Shown: positions 1 to 12,793 of the stretch, piece by piece | Layout of the letters: each line of letters begins with the position of its first letter | How positions within the stretch are numbered: the first letter of the stretch is position 1 | NCBI RefSeq assembly: GCF_039654945.1 | Contig: NW_027361832.1 | Span: 1,488,001-1,552,000 of the forward strand | Direction: 5' to 3' | From: Dendrobates tinctorius | Lineage: Eukaryota | Length of the DNA: 64,000 bases | Notes under the pieces: model-generated | Told to the model about the DNA's origin: nothing | Database searches by the model: none | What the model saw: only the letters and a program-made list of their open reading frames with translations | Translations under genes and position numbers: made by a program

Positions 1-164
1 CTTACACATCGAAAGCATACTAGGCTAACTGGTTCATATGAAACGGACACATGCATTTGGGTCAACCAAAGAAAATTATGTGATTGCTCAGTCGTCCTTG
101 CAGTATGAGTGCATTTGTCCCTCTTCTGTATCGAGCTTCAATCACAGAAGACATATGCACCTAC

Positions 165-265
165 CCTTGCTGCACTTTCTGGAAGAGCTCCCTCAGCACG
201 GACTGTCTGAACTGGTCTGGTAAATTACCATTGAAATTATCATCATAGAAGATCTTCAATATTCC
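165..265 (-). CDS. INTS8: INTS8 coding exon 9 (GILKIFYDDN...RELFQKVQQG); gene continues beyond window start
   Basis: Peptide matches recalled human INTS8 (VIQIFIEDNLTLSLPVQFRQSVLRELFQKAQQG); AG/GT boundaries; 101 nt, phase 0 to 2. Confidence 0.93.
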
Positions 266-797
266 CTTTAGAAAAAAAAAAAAAAAAAAAAATAATATAT
301 ACATATGTAATGCACAGAAATCAGGAAAAAGACTAGAATTACATCTAGCAAATTTCCTTACGACTTGCATAAAGCAAATCTACTGTGAGACACATAGGGC
401 ATATCCACACATGACACAAATCTGAGATTGTCCCATTGCTCTGAATAAGACCTGCCGTCATTTTATGTACCAGCTGCAGAAACAACCATGTTTGTAAGTA
501 GGTGCTGGATTTTTCTTTTCTTGAAGTTTAAGTCCTGTGCATTTTTTTATTTTCATTGTGCATTTTTTTTCTTTTAATATTTGCATTGTTATAAATCTTC
601 CCCATTGTGTACAACCCACCAGTATGTACCCATTGTGAATTAAGCATCACACTACTAAATAAGTAATTCATAACTTGCATGTTAGTGCCATTTTAACTAC
701 TTAACAAAAAAACAAAACAACTAAGAGGTCAGCTGCTCAGATGAATGACAGTCCAGAGAGCCACCGATTTATCTCATAAATGATGACCCCAAGATAC

Positions 798-950
798 CTG
801 GTAGTTTCCAGTCTTCATGAACTTATGAATCTGACCGTACGTGGATGACTGCACAGCAGCCACATTGGAAGGTGCAAGAACGCTGCAAGCCTGGCAATAA
901 CCGGCCAGTCTGTTCTCATCAATGGAGCAGTGAGTGGAAACTTCTCCAAT
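798..950 (-). CDS. INTS8: INTS8 coding exon 8 (IGEVSTHCSIDENRLAGYCQAC...GNYQ)
   Basis: Matches INTS8 HCTIDEKRLAGYCQAC; 153 nt, canonical splice sites, frame consistent with neighbours. Confidence 0.95.
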
Positions 951-1042
951 CTGTGAAGCAGGGAAATGGATATCAGACCAGGCCCATGACAAAATGTCAC
1001 TATGGAGAATTGCATTTTACAGTGTGGAAAAACTAGAACTAC

Positions 1043-1150
1043 CTTTGCATTCAGCTGTTTGGTGTTAAAAAAATGGTCTCTGGCTTTTTCATAATTCACT
1101 GGATTTGTAGGTCCTTGTTGGAAGTAAAAAGCTCCAAGATCATAGCAGAC
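1043..1150 (-). CDS. INTS8: INTS8 coding exon 7 (VCYDLGAFYFQQG...KQLNAK)
   Basis: Matches INTS8 VCYDLGAAYFQQG; 108 nt, AG/GT. Confidence 0.95.
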
Positions 1151-1376
1151 CTAAAGAATGGGATGAAAACCATAATGAATAGTAGACATTTTTTTCTAAC
1201 GATGAAGGGAAAAAGCCACTGACATTTAGGAAAATGTTCCTCGGACATGTGTTGCATGTATGCCGACTGCTATAAACTGTTAGACGTCTATCAGATAAAA
1301 ATAAAATATCCCAGGAAGTTCACAGTAATATTCTGCAAACCTAAAAAAGCACCATGAAGTGCGAGGTCATCAGTAC

Positions 1377-1559
1377 CTGGCACTGGACTTCATCAGAACT
1401 GATCATCAGCCCAGCGGTAGAATTCTCAGTTTCACCATTCACAACACCAGGCTCAGCTGCCAGTAGGTCCAGAGTTCTCATAGTGTGAATGTAGAAGGCT
1501 TTCTTTAGTTTAATGGCTTCCTCCAGCACAGTGATCGAGTCCTTGGCTTGTTCCTTCAG
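1377..1559 (-). CDS. INTS8: INTS8 coding exon 6 (LKEQAKDS...EVQCQ)
   Basis: Matches INTS8 LKEQAADS...HTMRTLDLLA...VNGETE; 183 nt, AG/GT. Confidence 0.95.
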
Positions 1560-1587
1560 CTGCAGAGACAAGGAGGGTTCATAATTT

Positions 1588-2584
1588 TTTTTATTTTTTT
1601 TTTTAAATAAGATCTATTTTATTGAACAAACAAACCATGGTTACATACACTTTCCAATGCTGACAGCACATATCAGATACAACATATATATCAAGTCCAT
1701 ACAGAATTATTAGGTTATACCTTTTCCATGTAACCAATTTACCCTCCCTCCCCTCACCTTACCAGAGAATCTCCTCCCTATGGCCATACACTCCCATATT
1801 CCATCACGTTTGAGCATTAGTATGTTACCACTAGAAATTGCTACCGTAGAAAAATTCTATCAGCTGATCAGATGGTAATCCTGGAGAATCCAGCCATGGT
1901 CCCCATATCCCTTCATACTTGCGCATCACGTTTCATATACACTCCTTTCTCCAACCAGATATTATTGTTTATCCTCCCCTTCAACTCCCTGATATTCAGG
2001 GGTCGTGCGTCCAAGCAATGGAATTCTATAAAGTTTTCTTGCTTGGAATAAAACTCTGCCAATGCCTATAGCCAGGTGAGACTCCGGGTCAGTGCCATCC
2101 TCCAGTAGCCCCAGCACACATACACGAGGATCTACTGCGAGTTGTATCCCAAATAGTTTATCCACCAGAGAACCCCAGTATGGGCCTGTCTTTGGACATT
2201 CCCAAAACATATGCAATAAATGAGCTTCCCCACACTCATCTAGGGCATTTTGCATGTGTTCGCACTCCAATCTTATGTAGCAAGCTGGGGGTCCTGTAGA
2301 CTCTGTGAATCTGGTAGATATGGGAAAGTCTCTGGGCTTCGCACAGTGACAACCTAGGAACATTTGCTAGAATCTCCTCCCATTGCTCCCTTGTTATAGG
2401 GCCCACCTCCGACACCCACCTAGAGAACACCTTTATAGGGGGCTTCTCCAACTGGTTTATTATCATGTTTATATATAGTGGATATCATACCCTTTTTGTG
2501 GGTTGCAGAAGTTATATCTATTAGGGGATGATGCTGTATCCTCAGATCTGTGTTTCCCTGTGTAGCAAGGGCATTGTCTGTTTT
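1588..2584 (-). mobile_element. 5'-truncated L1-type LINE (ORF2 C-terminal zinc-knuckle region, 3'UTR, poly-A)
   Basis: Frameshifted ORF fragments with CPR...HMFWECP (CCHC); T-run at 1585-1604; 16-bp TSD GGAGGGTTCATAATTT at 1572-1587 and 2585-2600. Confidence 0.9.
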
Positions 2585-3207
2585 GGAGGGTTCATAATTT
2601 AGTTATAGAGAAGCAGATATCCTAAAATCAAGAAACACAATGCAGGCAGTAGCAAAAAGCTACAGATATACGAATGAAACATGATAATCTACAAACTCGT
2701 AAGTCAATCTTCTATTACAAGGGATGTCCATTTATTTATTTTTTTCCCTTAAATGCAAGTATTTGTAGCTAAAAATCATAGTTACAATCTCCTTGTATTA
2801 CAGCACGCTGACCTATGGATCCTCAGTTATATGGGTATCCCCAAGTACCAACTCCGGTGCTCCCATTAATGAATGGGACGGCAGTGCGCATGATTCGCCA
2901 ACACTCACACTTCAGGGTTTGGTGGGCTCCTGCGGTTGGAAAGTTGCCCCATCTCGTGGACAGCAGATCATTTTCAAATTTGAGAATACTGAGCGAGTTA
3001 AAATCATGAACAGATTCTCTCTTTATCGTTTACTGTAATGCATCAGTGCAGGTAAAAATGTCTCCAGTACCCGAGGCCTGCGATATCCCGTGCCCACTAC
3101 AAGCAGCGAGAACCTGGGATGGGACTGCAGTGCCCTCTGCTGGTAATAATATGCAAACACCGCATTCTGATCAAAGCAGTGGTATCGCGGAGCAGTGATG
3201 CACCTAC

Positions 3208-3259
3208 CACTTTCAGTATATTTTCAGTCAGCTCCTTTTCTTGTTGCATTTGATTCATT
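3208..3259 (-). CDS. INTS8: INTS8 coding exon 5 (MNQMQQEKELTENILKV)
   Basis: Identical to recalled human peptide; 52 nt, AG/GT, phase 2 to 0. Confidence 0.95.
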
Positions 3260-3633
3260 CTGCCAAAATATACAAAAAATTTAAGTTATAAGTCAAGCAA
3301 TAAATATACTGGGGAACTGCATATTACATGAAAATTGGGAGGATTTCCAGACATATAATTCAAACAGAAGAACCACAACATTAGGAAGTATACTGTACTC
3401 GATGCCTCTTTTTGAGAATGGAGAAAACAAATAGAGGGAAAGAAAAAAAAAAAAAAAGGGTTAAGAAAAAAAGACCTCTGCCTATGGGCGCCTATAGGCA
3501 TGGTTGCAGTCATGCTGCAATCATTGTGTAAATGTGACCCAATTGCTTTGTGGCTTTATAAGTGGCCACCAGACATTCCCTCACCATAAAACCATAGATC
3601 ATAGGCTAAGCAAAGAGATCAGCTCTGACTTAC

Positions 3634-3705
3634 ACATTGGGCTGCAGTGGACCTTGCTTAATTGGCTTCACAGGAAAGCTGCTCTGCACAATGGTCCTGA
3701 TCGCC
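3634..3705 (-). CDS. INTS8: INTS8 coding exon 4 (AIRTIVQSSFPVK...)
   Basis: Matches INTS8 WAIRTIVQSSFPVK; 72 nt, AG/GTAAGT. Confidence 0.94.
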
Positions 3706-4561
3706 CTGTTGAAGAGAAAATGTCTGAAGATATCAAGTCAGGTAAAGCCAGTGCAGCCAACACACATTACAGTTTTAGGCTAATGTCATAACACTTATCT
3801 GGAAATCTTACAATAATTATAGTGAAAATACATTGGTGTGTGAATATAGAAAGCAAAATAAACACACACTGAGGTATCATTCTGGTTCATATTGGGTCAT
3901 CCAAAAAACAGCACACATGGTCGGGGAAGTCCATGCGAGAGAACTTCCTTAAAGTGAACACAGAAAATTAATCGGATGACATTTTTATGGAATTTCCTTT
4001 TTTTTTTCCATGTGAAGCAGAAACTCTATGAATTACAGCGTAAGCTGGCAAGCGATAAGGCAGAGGACACTACAGGGAAAAGATATGGTCAGATATGGCT
4101 TCCTTCCTCTAGCAATCACAAGAAGGAGAATTAGAGAATCGTGATGAGCGAATGTGCTTGGATGCTGAGTGTTTTCAGCGTGCTCGAAAAGGAGATTTTT
4201 GTGTACTCACCGTAAAATCTCTCTTAGCCTCTAATTGGGGGACACAGAACCATGGGTGTTATGCTGCTGTCCACTAGGAGGAGACACTATGCATAATCTG
4301 AAAAAGATTAACTATGGCTCCTCCTCTGCAGTATACACCCCTGGACGGCGTTAGCCTTCTCCAGTTTTGTGCAAAAGCATTAGGAGGAATATAACAGAAA
4401 ACAACATAACCATGCCTGTAAGAAGGCCACTATGTACGAGCTCAAAGAACAATATGAGAACTCAACCGTAACAACGGCCCGTGAGGGCAACAGGGTGGGA
4501 GCTGTGTCCCCCAAATAGAGGCTAAGAGAAAGATTTTACGGTGAGTACACAAAAATCTCCT

Positions 4562-5650
4562 TTACTCTGTCGCCTCATTGGGGGACACAGAACCATGGGA
4601 CGTCCCAAAGCAGTCCATGGGTGGGAAGCAATGGACGAATATTGTGCAGACAGGACCCAAAACATGGGGCACCGCCGCCTGCAGAACCCGTCTACCCAGG
4701 CTCGCGTCCGCTGAGGACTGGGTATGAACTCTGTAGTGTTTGGTAAAAGTGTGCAGGCTAGTCCAAATGGCCGCCTTACACACTTGTTGAGCCGAAGCCT
4801 GGTGCCGAATGGCCCAGGAGGTCCCTACCGCCCGCGTAGAGTGTGCCGTGATACCGGCCAGAAGAGGAGAATTGTTAATGCAGTAAGCCTCTTGTATGGT
4901 GGATTTGATCCACCTGGCGAGGTTAGCTTTGGAAGCCGCCAGACCCTGGCGGACGCCTTCCGGAAGAAGGAAAAGGGAATCAGACTTCCGGAAGGGGGCA
5001 GTCCTAGACACGTATATACGCAATGCTCTGACGAGGTCAAGCGTATGAACCGGAACCGGGCAAAGGGATGGCAGTGAAATTTCCTCATTGAGGTGGAAGT
5101 TGGACACAACCTTCGGAAGGAAGGATGGGACCGTACGGAGAACTACCTTGTCTTGGTGAAAAGCCAGGAAGGGCCGTCTGCAGGAGAGTGCCGACAATTC
5201 AGACACCCTGTGTAGCGAGGTGATTGCCACCAGAAAGACCACCTTCTGGGATAGAAGGCGAAGTGGGACTTCCCTAAGGGGTTCGAAGGGAGGTCCCTGC
5301 AATGCTATCAGGACCAGGTTGAGGTCCCACGTTTCAAGTGGCCGTCTGTAGGGGGGAACCAATCGGGAAAACCCCTGATGAAAAGTCCTTACTTGCGGCT
5401 TTGTTAGCAATGAGTCTTTGAAAAAGAACTGAGAGCGCTGACACGATTGGAGAAAACCAAGCACTTTGGGGAGAGAATAAGGGAGTGGGATCTGGTCGCA
5501 AGATTCGCACCAGGTAAAGAATGCTCTCCAGGTACGGTAATAAATCTTGGCAGAGGCTGGCTTCCGTTCCCTGATCATGGTTCCAATGATGTCCGGTGAG
5601 AGCCCTGCCTGGGTTAGGACCCAGGTCTCAAGGGCCACCCCGTCAAATTG
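4562..5650 (-). pseudogene. DIRS tyrosine recombinase region
   Basis: Motifs AITSLHRVSEL, HSTRAVGTSWA, TFTKHYR (tyrosine-recombinase catalytic residues). Confidence 0.9.
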
Positions 5651-7436
5651 AGAGCCCCTGAATTCTGTTGGAAGAATGGGCCTTGTGACAGAAGATCGGG
5701 ACAGTCGGGGAGACACCAGGGGGCGTCTGCTGTAAGTTGTACGATGTCGGCGCACCATGTACGTCTGGGCCAGTCTGGCGCGATTAGGATGGTTGGAACT
5801 CCTTGTTTGATCTTCCTCACCACTCTGGATATCAGGGGGAGAGGTGGAAAAATGTACAGAAGCTGGAACTGGGTCCAGTTCTGAACCAGAGCATCTGCTC
5901 CGAGCGACCGCGGATCGTGTGTTCTGGCCATGAAGCTGGAGACATTGGCAATGAAATGGGATGCCATTAGGTCCATGTCCAGGGTCCCCCAGCGATGGCA
6001 GATCTGGCGAAAAATTTTCGGGATGGAGAGACCACTCTCCCGAGTCCATTCCTTGTCTGCTGAGGAAGTCGGCTTCCCAGTTGTCCATACCCGGAATGTG
6101 GACCGCAGAAAGTACCGACCCCATCTCTTCCGCCCAGTGGAGGATGTGTGTCACTTCTCTCATCGCCTGGGTACTGCGTATCCCGCCTGGGTGGTTCACA
6201 TATGCCACAGCCGTGGCATTGTCCGACTGTACTCTGATACGAGAGGCTGCCAGTAAGTGACGAAAGGCTCTCAACGCCAGGAGGATGGCATGAATTTCCA
6301 GGATGTTGATGGGCATATTTGCCTCCACTGGTGACCACTTGCCCTGTGATGCAAGTGCACCGCACCCCAATCCGTCAGACTCGCGTCGGTGGTCAGGACC
6401 TTCCATTGACCTGTGAGAAAGGATTTCCCTTCGCGAGTGAGGTTGGCTTGAGCCACCAGAGCAGGGACCTCCTGGCTGACGATGTTAGCTGGAACTCCCT
6501 GTCGAGGGAAAAAGGATTCCTGTTCCAGGACTTGAGAATGGCTAGTTGAAGAGGCCTGAGGTGAAACTGGGCAAATGGGACCGCTTCCATTGCTGCCACC
6601 ATCCTGCCGAGGACTCTCATGGCAAACCGGAGATCGAGGGGGCTGCGAAGAAGGATGCGGACTCCTAGACGGAGAGCCAGTGCCTTGTCCTTGGGAAGGA
6701 GCACCAGACCCCTGGAGGTGTCGAATAGCATCCCCAGGAAGGACAGAGACTGACTCACAGTAGTCGACGACTTTTGTAGGTTGACTAACCAGCCCAGGCG
6801 ACTCAGAGTGTCGATTGTGATTGAGACGCTGAGCTCGTAGTCCTTGAAGGTGGAAGCCTTGATGAGGAGATCGTCCAGGTATAGAACGACTACTATGCCT
6901 CTGGAGTGTAGAACATCCATGGTGGCTGCCATGATCTTGGTAAACGTTCTGGGAGACACGAACTGGTAGTGGTCCTGGTTGATTGCGAACCTGAGAAATC
7001 TTTGATGGGCGGGAGCAATCGATATATGCAGGTATGCTTCTTGTATGTCTATGGAGGCGAGATATTCTCCCTGCTCCATGGATGCAATGATGGACCGAAG
7101 GGAATCCATGCGAAAATGACGAACCCGTACATATTTGTTGAGTTGTTTTAGGTCCAATATGGGCCGTACGCTGCCTCCTTTCTTGGGGACTACGAACAGA
7201 TTGGAGTAGAACCCTCGGAAGTGCTCGGCCGCGGGAACCGGTACTATGACTCCTGCTTGAAGAAGGGAGGAAACCACTTGGTGAAAGGCACGAGCCTTGG
7301 CTGGCGGTTTTGGGGGAACAGAGAGGAAGAACCGGTTCGGTGGGTTGGAAGTGAACTCTATCTTGTAACCGGAAGACACTATTTCCCTGACCCACTTGTC
7401 TTCTGTAATAGGCAGCCAGACTTGCTGAAAGAGCAA
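5614..7436 (-). pseudogene. DIRS RT - RNase H - DAM-like methyltransferase ORF (frameshifted)
   Basis: RPILDLK, YLDDLL (RT); TTDAS, INILE, SDNATAVAY (RNase H); DLMAS...YIFPPLPLI...LIAPDWPRRTW (DIRS methyltransferase-like domain); broken at ~6390 and ~5990. Confidence 0.9.
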
Positions 7437-7479
7437 AAGTCGTCCGCCTATGGGTGGAGTGTCTTCCGGAGTTCATGAG

Positions 7480-9027
7480 TCATGAGGAGGAGAAAGTCTG
7501 AGGTTTTCCTCCTTTGGGCTTTGACTGGCCTGCTTTTGGCTGCCTGGTCTTGTCCGGCCTTTGCGTCAACCGTGAGTTGTCCCTGCGTGGGGAATGGTTA
7601 CGATTTTGTGATTTTGTGCTGGGCGCGAGACGGACCAGCCCGAAGAATTCCGAAAGGATCGTAATCGTGTTTGGTTACACTTTTTGTAAGTGCGTTTAGG
7701 TTTTAGTTGAGAGAGAGAGAGGAACTCTTATCCCCGGTGGCGTTGGATTTCATTGTGTCCAACTTTTCACCGAAAAGCCGCCCACTGAGGTACGGGAGGT
7801 GCGTGAGGGACTTCTTTGAGGTCGCGTCCGCTTTCCATTCCCGCAGCAAGAGAATACGCCGAATCGTAATGGCGTTTGATGCTATCCCCGCTACACCCCT
7901 TGCTGAATCCAGAGCTGCATGAAGCATGTAATCTGCTACAACTGCTATTTGAACCGCTTGGTCCGATAGCTCAGGGGTTGGTGCTTGGAGGCCATCTTGT
8001 AATTTTTTGGCCCAAGCCAGAATGGCCTTGGCAGCCCAAACTGAAGCGAACGCAGGAGCCAGGGAGGCCCCTGCAGCCTCAAAAATTGAACGAGCCATGC
8101 GTTCTACCTGCCAGTCTGCTGCGTACCTGAGGGTTGAGCTATCTGACAGAGAGAGGAGGGTCTGTGCTGCTAGTCTAGAGACTGGGGGGTCCACTTCGGG
8201 TGGATCGGTGCATTCCTTGGTGTCCTTCTGCGGGAAGGGGTACCTTGCCTCCAAATATTTGCGATTGGAGAATTTCTTCTCAGGCTGTGAGAACTGCTTG
8301 TTAAGGATCGCCTTAAATTATGGGTGATTAGAGAAGACCTTAGGCGGCTTTAGAACACCTTCAAAGGAAATCTTGTGCTCTGGAGCCTCCAGGGGCGGAT
8401 CAGAAATATCCAGCATCCGATGGACGGAAGAGATTACGTCTTCGACTAGCGCTGTATTGCTAGGGGGAATTGGGATCAGGGACCCCTCCGGTTTGTTGTC
8501 TGAGGCGGAGTCACAGATGCCTTCCGAATCTTGTGTATCGCTGAGGCGGAGGTCTTCTGTGGTCGGGGGATCGCTGTGGAGATCTGCGTTGTCTGTCTCT
8601 GGTAGGGGACAGTCTAGGTGACCTGGAACTACGGTGTCTCTACCTAGAGGGGGATGACCGTGTGCTATGGGATGACGCAGATGAACGCGACCTGTGGGTC
8701 CGCTTACGTCTGGATGTGGCCGGGACGTCATGTCGAGTTCTCCCTTTGCTGGGTAATGTTCATAGCCGAGGCATGACCCTACAAAGCCTGAAGCAATGTG
8801 GAGGTTAGGTTATCTATAGACTGCATCATAGATTGCGACATCTGAGTTGCCCGTTTCGGCGTGGTAATAGACACCGAAGCATTGGTAGGGGCTTCTTGGG
8901 GTTCTGACCCAGTGATACAGTCCCGGCAGTGCGGGTACGTGCTGCCACTGGGGAGAGTGGTTTTGCAGGCTGTGCAGAATGCATAAAAGCAGTCCTGCCT
9001 GGTTCTCTTGGACCTTGAGCCCAGCAT
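7480..9027 (-). pseudogene. DIRS gag-like ORF1 (disrupted by stops)
   Basis: Collinear ORF pieces 8779-9027, 8318-8731 and 7703-8254; N-terminal CxxC...CxxC; PPEVDPPVSRL and RRILLLREW...YLSGRLFG motifs typical of vertebrate DIRS ORF1. Confidence 0.8.
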
Positions 9028-10720
9028 AGTGCACAGAGTGCAGAAGGGCTGGCTATGCAGAGGAACCTATAGGGGAGCCTTATAGGGAATATGGATTCAC
9101 AGCCGAGTAAAAAAAACCCAGCTGTCATCTTACCCCACCAGTGTGCCCCTAGGTCTAGCGCCGAAGATCCACAGTCCTGTGCCCCCCGGAGACTGGTTGG
9201 CCTGGTCCTGCAGCAGAAATGGCCGCCGAGAAGAAGAGGAAAGGGAAGAAGGGGGTGGAGAGCTGAAAAAGCGCAGCAGAGCTGTGAAAAAACCCGCCCT
9301 TTCTGTCTCGATCTGCCCCTTCTATGACACTGTAGAGTGTCATATTTGTCATCCGGGGGGCGGAGAGGAGGCAGCGGCTTCAGCTAGGCCGAAGCCGCGG
9401 CCTAAATTAGATGCCTGATGCCCAGAAAGGCTCCAGGACAGCGCGAAAGCCTGGGGGGGGTTGGGGGGGTGGGATCTGAACCGGACTCCCCCAGATCTAA
9501 AGGCAGGATAGCGGTGGGGCTATAAGCGGAAGGGGGGCCCTGTGAGGGGTCCCTCTGAGGCATCATAGAGCTGGTGCTGCCGCAGAGACAGGGGCGCAGG
9601 GAGCCCTGTGTCTCTATTGTGCCATGCCTGCCTGCACTCCCCCCCCCAGCCCCGACAGGAGCCCGCAGCTGGGCTGGGGTCCCTGGATGCAGCCGCAGTG
9701 TGCTGGTCTATGCTGCTGGGAGCTGCAGAGTGCTGCCTGTACAGACCCTACCTGAGGCGTCTCAACCTAATGCCCCCAGAGGGGGATTAAGGGGGGTGCT
9801 GCTGTCACCATCAGGGGGCTTTATCTTCGCCTCAACCCGAAAACCAAAAGGAATTGGGGGAGGGGGGGGTCTCGACTTCGAACCAGCACCCGAAGGACTG
9901 GGGAAGGAGCGACATGGGGAATAGCCATCTCGACCTCAACTGGGCACCCCGTAATAGGGGACCGAGGAAGGAGCCATGCCGGGAGTTTCACAGGAGACCC
10001 ACTTTTCTTCATCTGTAATCCCGTTGGAAAAAAACGGAGTGAAAAAGAATAAAAATTTTAGGTGTGCCTCCTATGCGACACTAAGCAGAAACTGGAGAAG
10101 GCTAACGCTGTCCAGGGGTGTATACTGCAGAGGAGGAGCCATAGTTAATCTTTTTCAGATTATGCATAGTGTCGCCTCATAGTGGACAGCAGCATAACAC
10201 CCATGGTTCTGCGTCCCCCAATGAGGCGACAGAGTAAAATATGTTCTAGTCCCCACGGCTGCATGTCTCGCAGCTGTTAGGCAATCTTAGCATGTGTTGC
10301 AGCTGTCGAACAGCCGTGAGACATGCAGCCTCAGGGACTTGAACATAGTACTCAAGCATGCTGAAGACACATCAATTAGTGCCTCAGCATGTTCGCTCAT
10401 CACTATCCGAGACGTCTACAAGACACAAACTCTTTGAGTCACAGGTTGAATATGTTTGGGCTATTGTAAAGCCCAATAAGAAGTGCCCCGTGTGGGATAT
10501 GTCCATTTACACGTTGCAGCCACTTTATGTTTTTACAAAGAAACTCGCACCACACCCGTGATTTCCAGTAAACAAGTGCTGATCAATTTATATATTGACA
10601 ATTGATGTTCATTAACAGGTCAAAATGTGCCATCTAGATGGATTATTACTTGTACAAGACATCACCACTTCAGCTTCGCCACAAGAAAGGGAAGAGGACG
10701 GATGGTATAATGCTCCTTAC

Positions 10721-10861
10721 CATCTGTTGTACAACATGACCGCCATGGCTGTGGTTGGAGGCAGGCTTGTGAGGTCCAGGTCTACGTGCTTGGTTCCAGG
10801 TGGTACTTTACTGATGCAGAGTAACTCGTTCAGCAGCATATTAAGGACAGGAACAGATAAA
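10721..10861 (-). CDS. INTS8: INTS8 coding exon 3 (LSVPVLNMLLNELLCISKVPPGTKHVD...YNRW)
   Basis: Near-identical to recalled human INTS8; 141 nt, AG/GT. Confidence 0.96.
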
Positions 10862-11164
10862 CTAGTACATAAAGAAAGGACAAAAAGAGAGAAACCTTAA
10901 CCATGCCATGAGATGCATTATACGTAATAAGTCTAAATATTCCATAACAATATCAGGCAGGTTTCACAAGTCTGGCATGCAAGGTCCAAATCTGGGGGTC
11001 GCCAGACCTGAACTGAAAAGGATTTATGAAGCTGTTGCATTCATGTTAGGGTTCAGGTGAGGAAACCCATGGCCAGTATGAAAATCAAGGTCAGACACCT
11101 GTGAATTGCAGACATGTGAAACCAGCCTAGGTGCACAGAGCATAATTCCTGCATGTATACCTAC

Positions 11165-11339
11165 CATTTCTCAAGCACATCTAAATCCCATTTTAAGTGA
11201 GCGGCCACTTTTAGAGCCAGAAGCTTGAGGGTCCGATTCCTCTTGTTGTCAGTGGGAGGTTGCACCTGATTCTGCTCATTCACAGTCGGCTTGGAAGCCT
11301 GCTCCAGAAACTGGATAATCAGCTGGACAGGAGGAGGAT
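11165..11339 (-). CDS. INTS8: INTS8 coding exon 2 (DPPPVQLIIQFLEQASKP...KWDLDVLEK)
   Basis: Near-identical to recalled human INTS8; 175 nt, AG/GT. Confidence 0.96.
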
Positions 11340-12793
11340 CTGATGGGAACATAAAACAGGTGAATAAGAGGCCAGGGCAGGTTCACACAGAAAACAGCCA
11401 GGTCCCCGAGAGGGTATTTCAAGGTCAGTATATGGACCTGCAATGCCCGTTGGTGCTCAGACCCGAGCTTTCGTCTTTATAGGTAGACAAATGAGGCTAT
11501 AAGCTTGAGTCAGGAGAGCCACCATCAGTCTGGGCATTGAGGTCCGTGAAATATGCCTGGGTGAACTCAGCCTTATGTCCTGTTTATTTTTTTTTTTAAG
11601 GGTGTGCCAAAAGTACTATGAAATAACCCCACACATTTTTCTTTGACGATAATCAAGTAAATGATTACAACATAGTGGCTGAGAAAAGTTTTGACACATA
11701 AGCAATTAATCTATCTTTAGCCATGAGGGATTTGTTGCAGCTTTTAGCAGTGGATTGTGCAAAACAGTACATGTAAAATTGGCTCTTTAAATCCACAAAA
11801 ACATGTAGAGATTTCTTTTAAATTTGCAGCATTTCTATTTTATCAATTTATGATTCAAAAAAGTGAAATCTGCAAAACGACTTCTTTCTTGACATTTGAG
11901 AAAAACGGTCTGGTTATGTTAATCAAAAAAAATCTGATCAGAGTGGAATCAGTTTTTCTTGGAGGTGAAGGGAAAAAAAACAAAAAACAAAAAAACAATT
12001 CTCCTATCAGTGTGAAAATCAGACTACACTCAAAATGTCATCCGAATATGGTCCAATGTTTTCCATAGCCTTGCATTGTCGATTTTGACCCAACACTCAG
12101 ATCAAAATAAGACATTTCAACAATTTTTGGTCCTCAGACCAATTGATGCAAGGGAAAAAAAAGACAGATATTTGCACAACCCCATAGAATAACATGGGTA
12201 CAGGCACTACCTGTCAAAACCACAGATAGCACTTGATTTAAATGGTCGTATGCATGAGTCCTAAAATAAATTACAGCAAACCCAAGCAACAGCTAACACA
12301 TTTTTCAGAATACTTGCAAGTCTGTGGTGTAAAATTTTCTAAGGATTGAATATCTTGAGCATATCTTGTGTGTTATAATCAATGTTCTAGATTTAGTTGC
12401 ATGAGTAATACAGATGAGCAAAAAGATTTGCAGAACCCTAATCCAGCAGCCACGCTATTAGTCAGTAGTTGCTGGAACACGGCCCTGCGATCCTCCTACT
12501 ACTTGCTGATATCCCTGGTGCCTCTTCCGAGTAGAAGGCCCTACAGTGTCATAATGCTGCAGTGCTACCCACACATGATGTCGTATCGAGCCTACTAATC
12601 AGGAAAGGTGACAATAATGTAGTACTCCTAGGGGGCCAGGCCGGTGACCATGAACTCTCTTCATAGCTGCTAGACCAGGCTCTTGCACAACATTTTGCAG
12701 TGTTGTATCAATTAGTGTTTGCTTTAGGAAAAATTTCTGGAAAATGTTTGCTTTTTATGGAGAACTGTAGTAAAAGGAATCACATATGAATAC

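Larger units (their letters stand above)
4188..10238 (-). mobile_element. Full-length DIRS1-type tyrosine-recombinase retrotransposon (frameshifted)
   Basis: Inverted terminal repeats 4190-4345 and 10085-10238; internal complementary region ~4500-4600 containing the joined-ends junction AAAATCTCC-TTTACTCTG; gag, RT, RNase H, methyltransferase-like and YR ORF pieces; inserted at an AAA/TTT site without a conventional TSD. Confidence 0.95.
4139..10405. mobile_element. hAT-like non-autonomous element (TAGTGATGAGCGA TIR family) split by the DIRS insertion
   Basis: GTGATGAGCGA at 4141 and TCGCTCATCACTA ending 10405; joined halves resemble the uninterrupted copy at 20648-20946. Confidence 0.75.

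Noticed and set aside
4562-6406. 614-aa ORF as a novel RNase H-recombinase fusion
   Set aside because: Chimera produced by a frameshift near 5990 between the two overlapping DIRS frames
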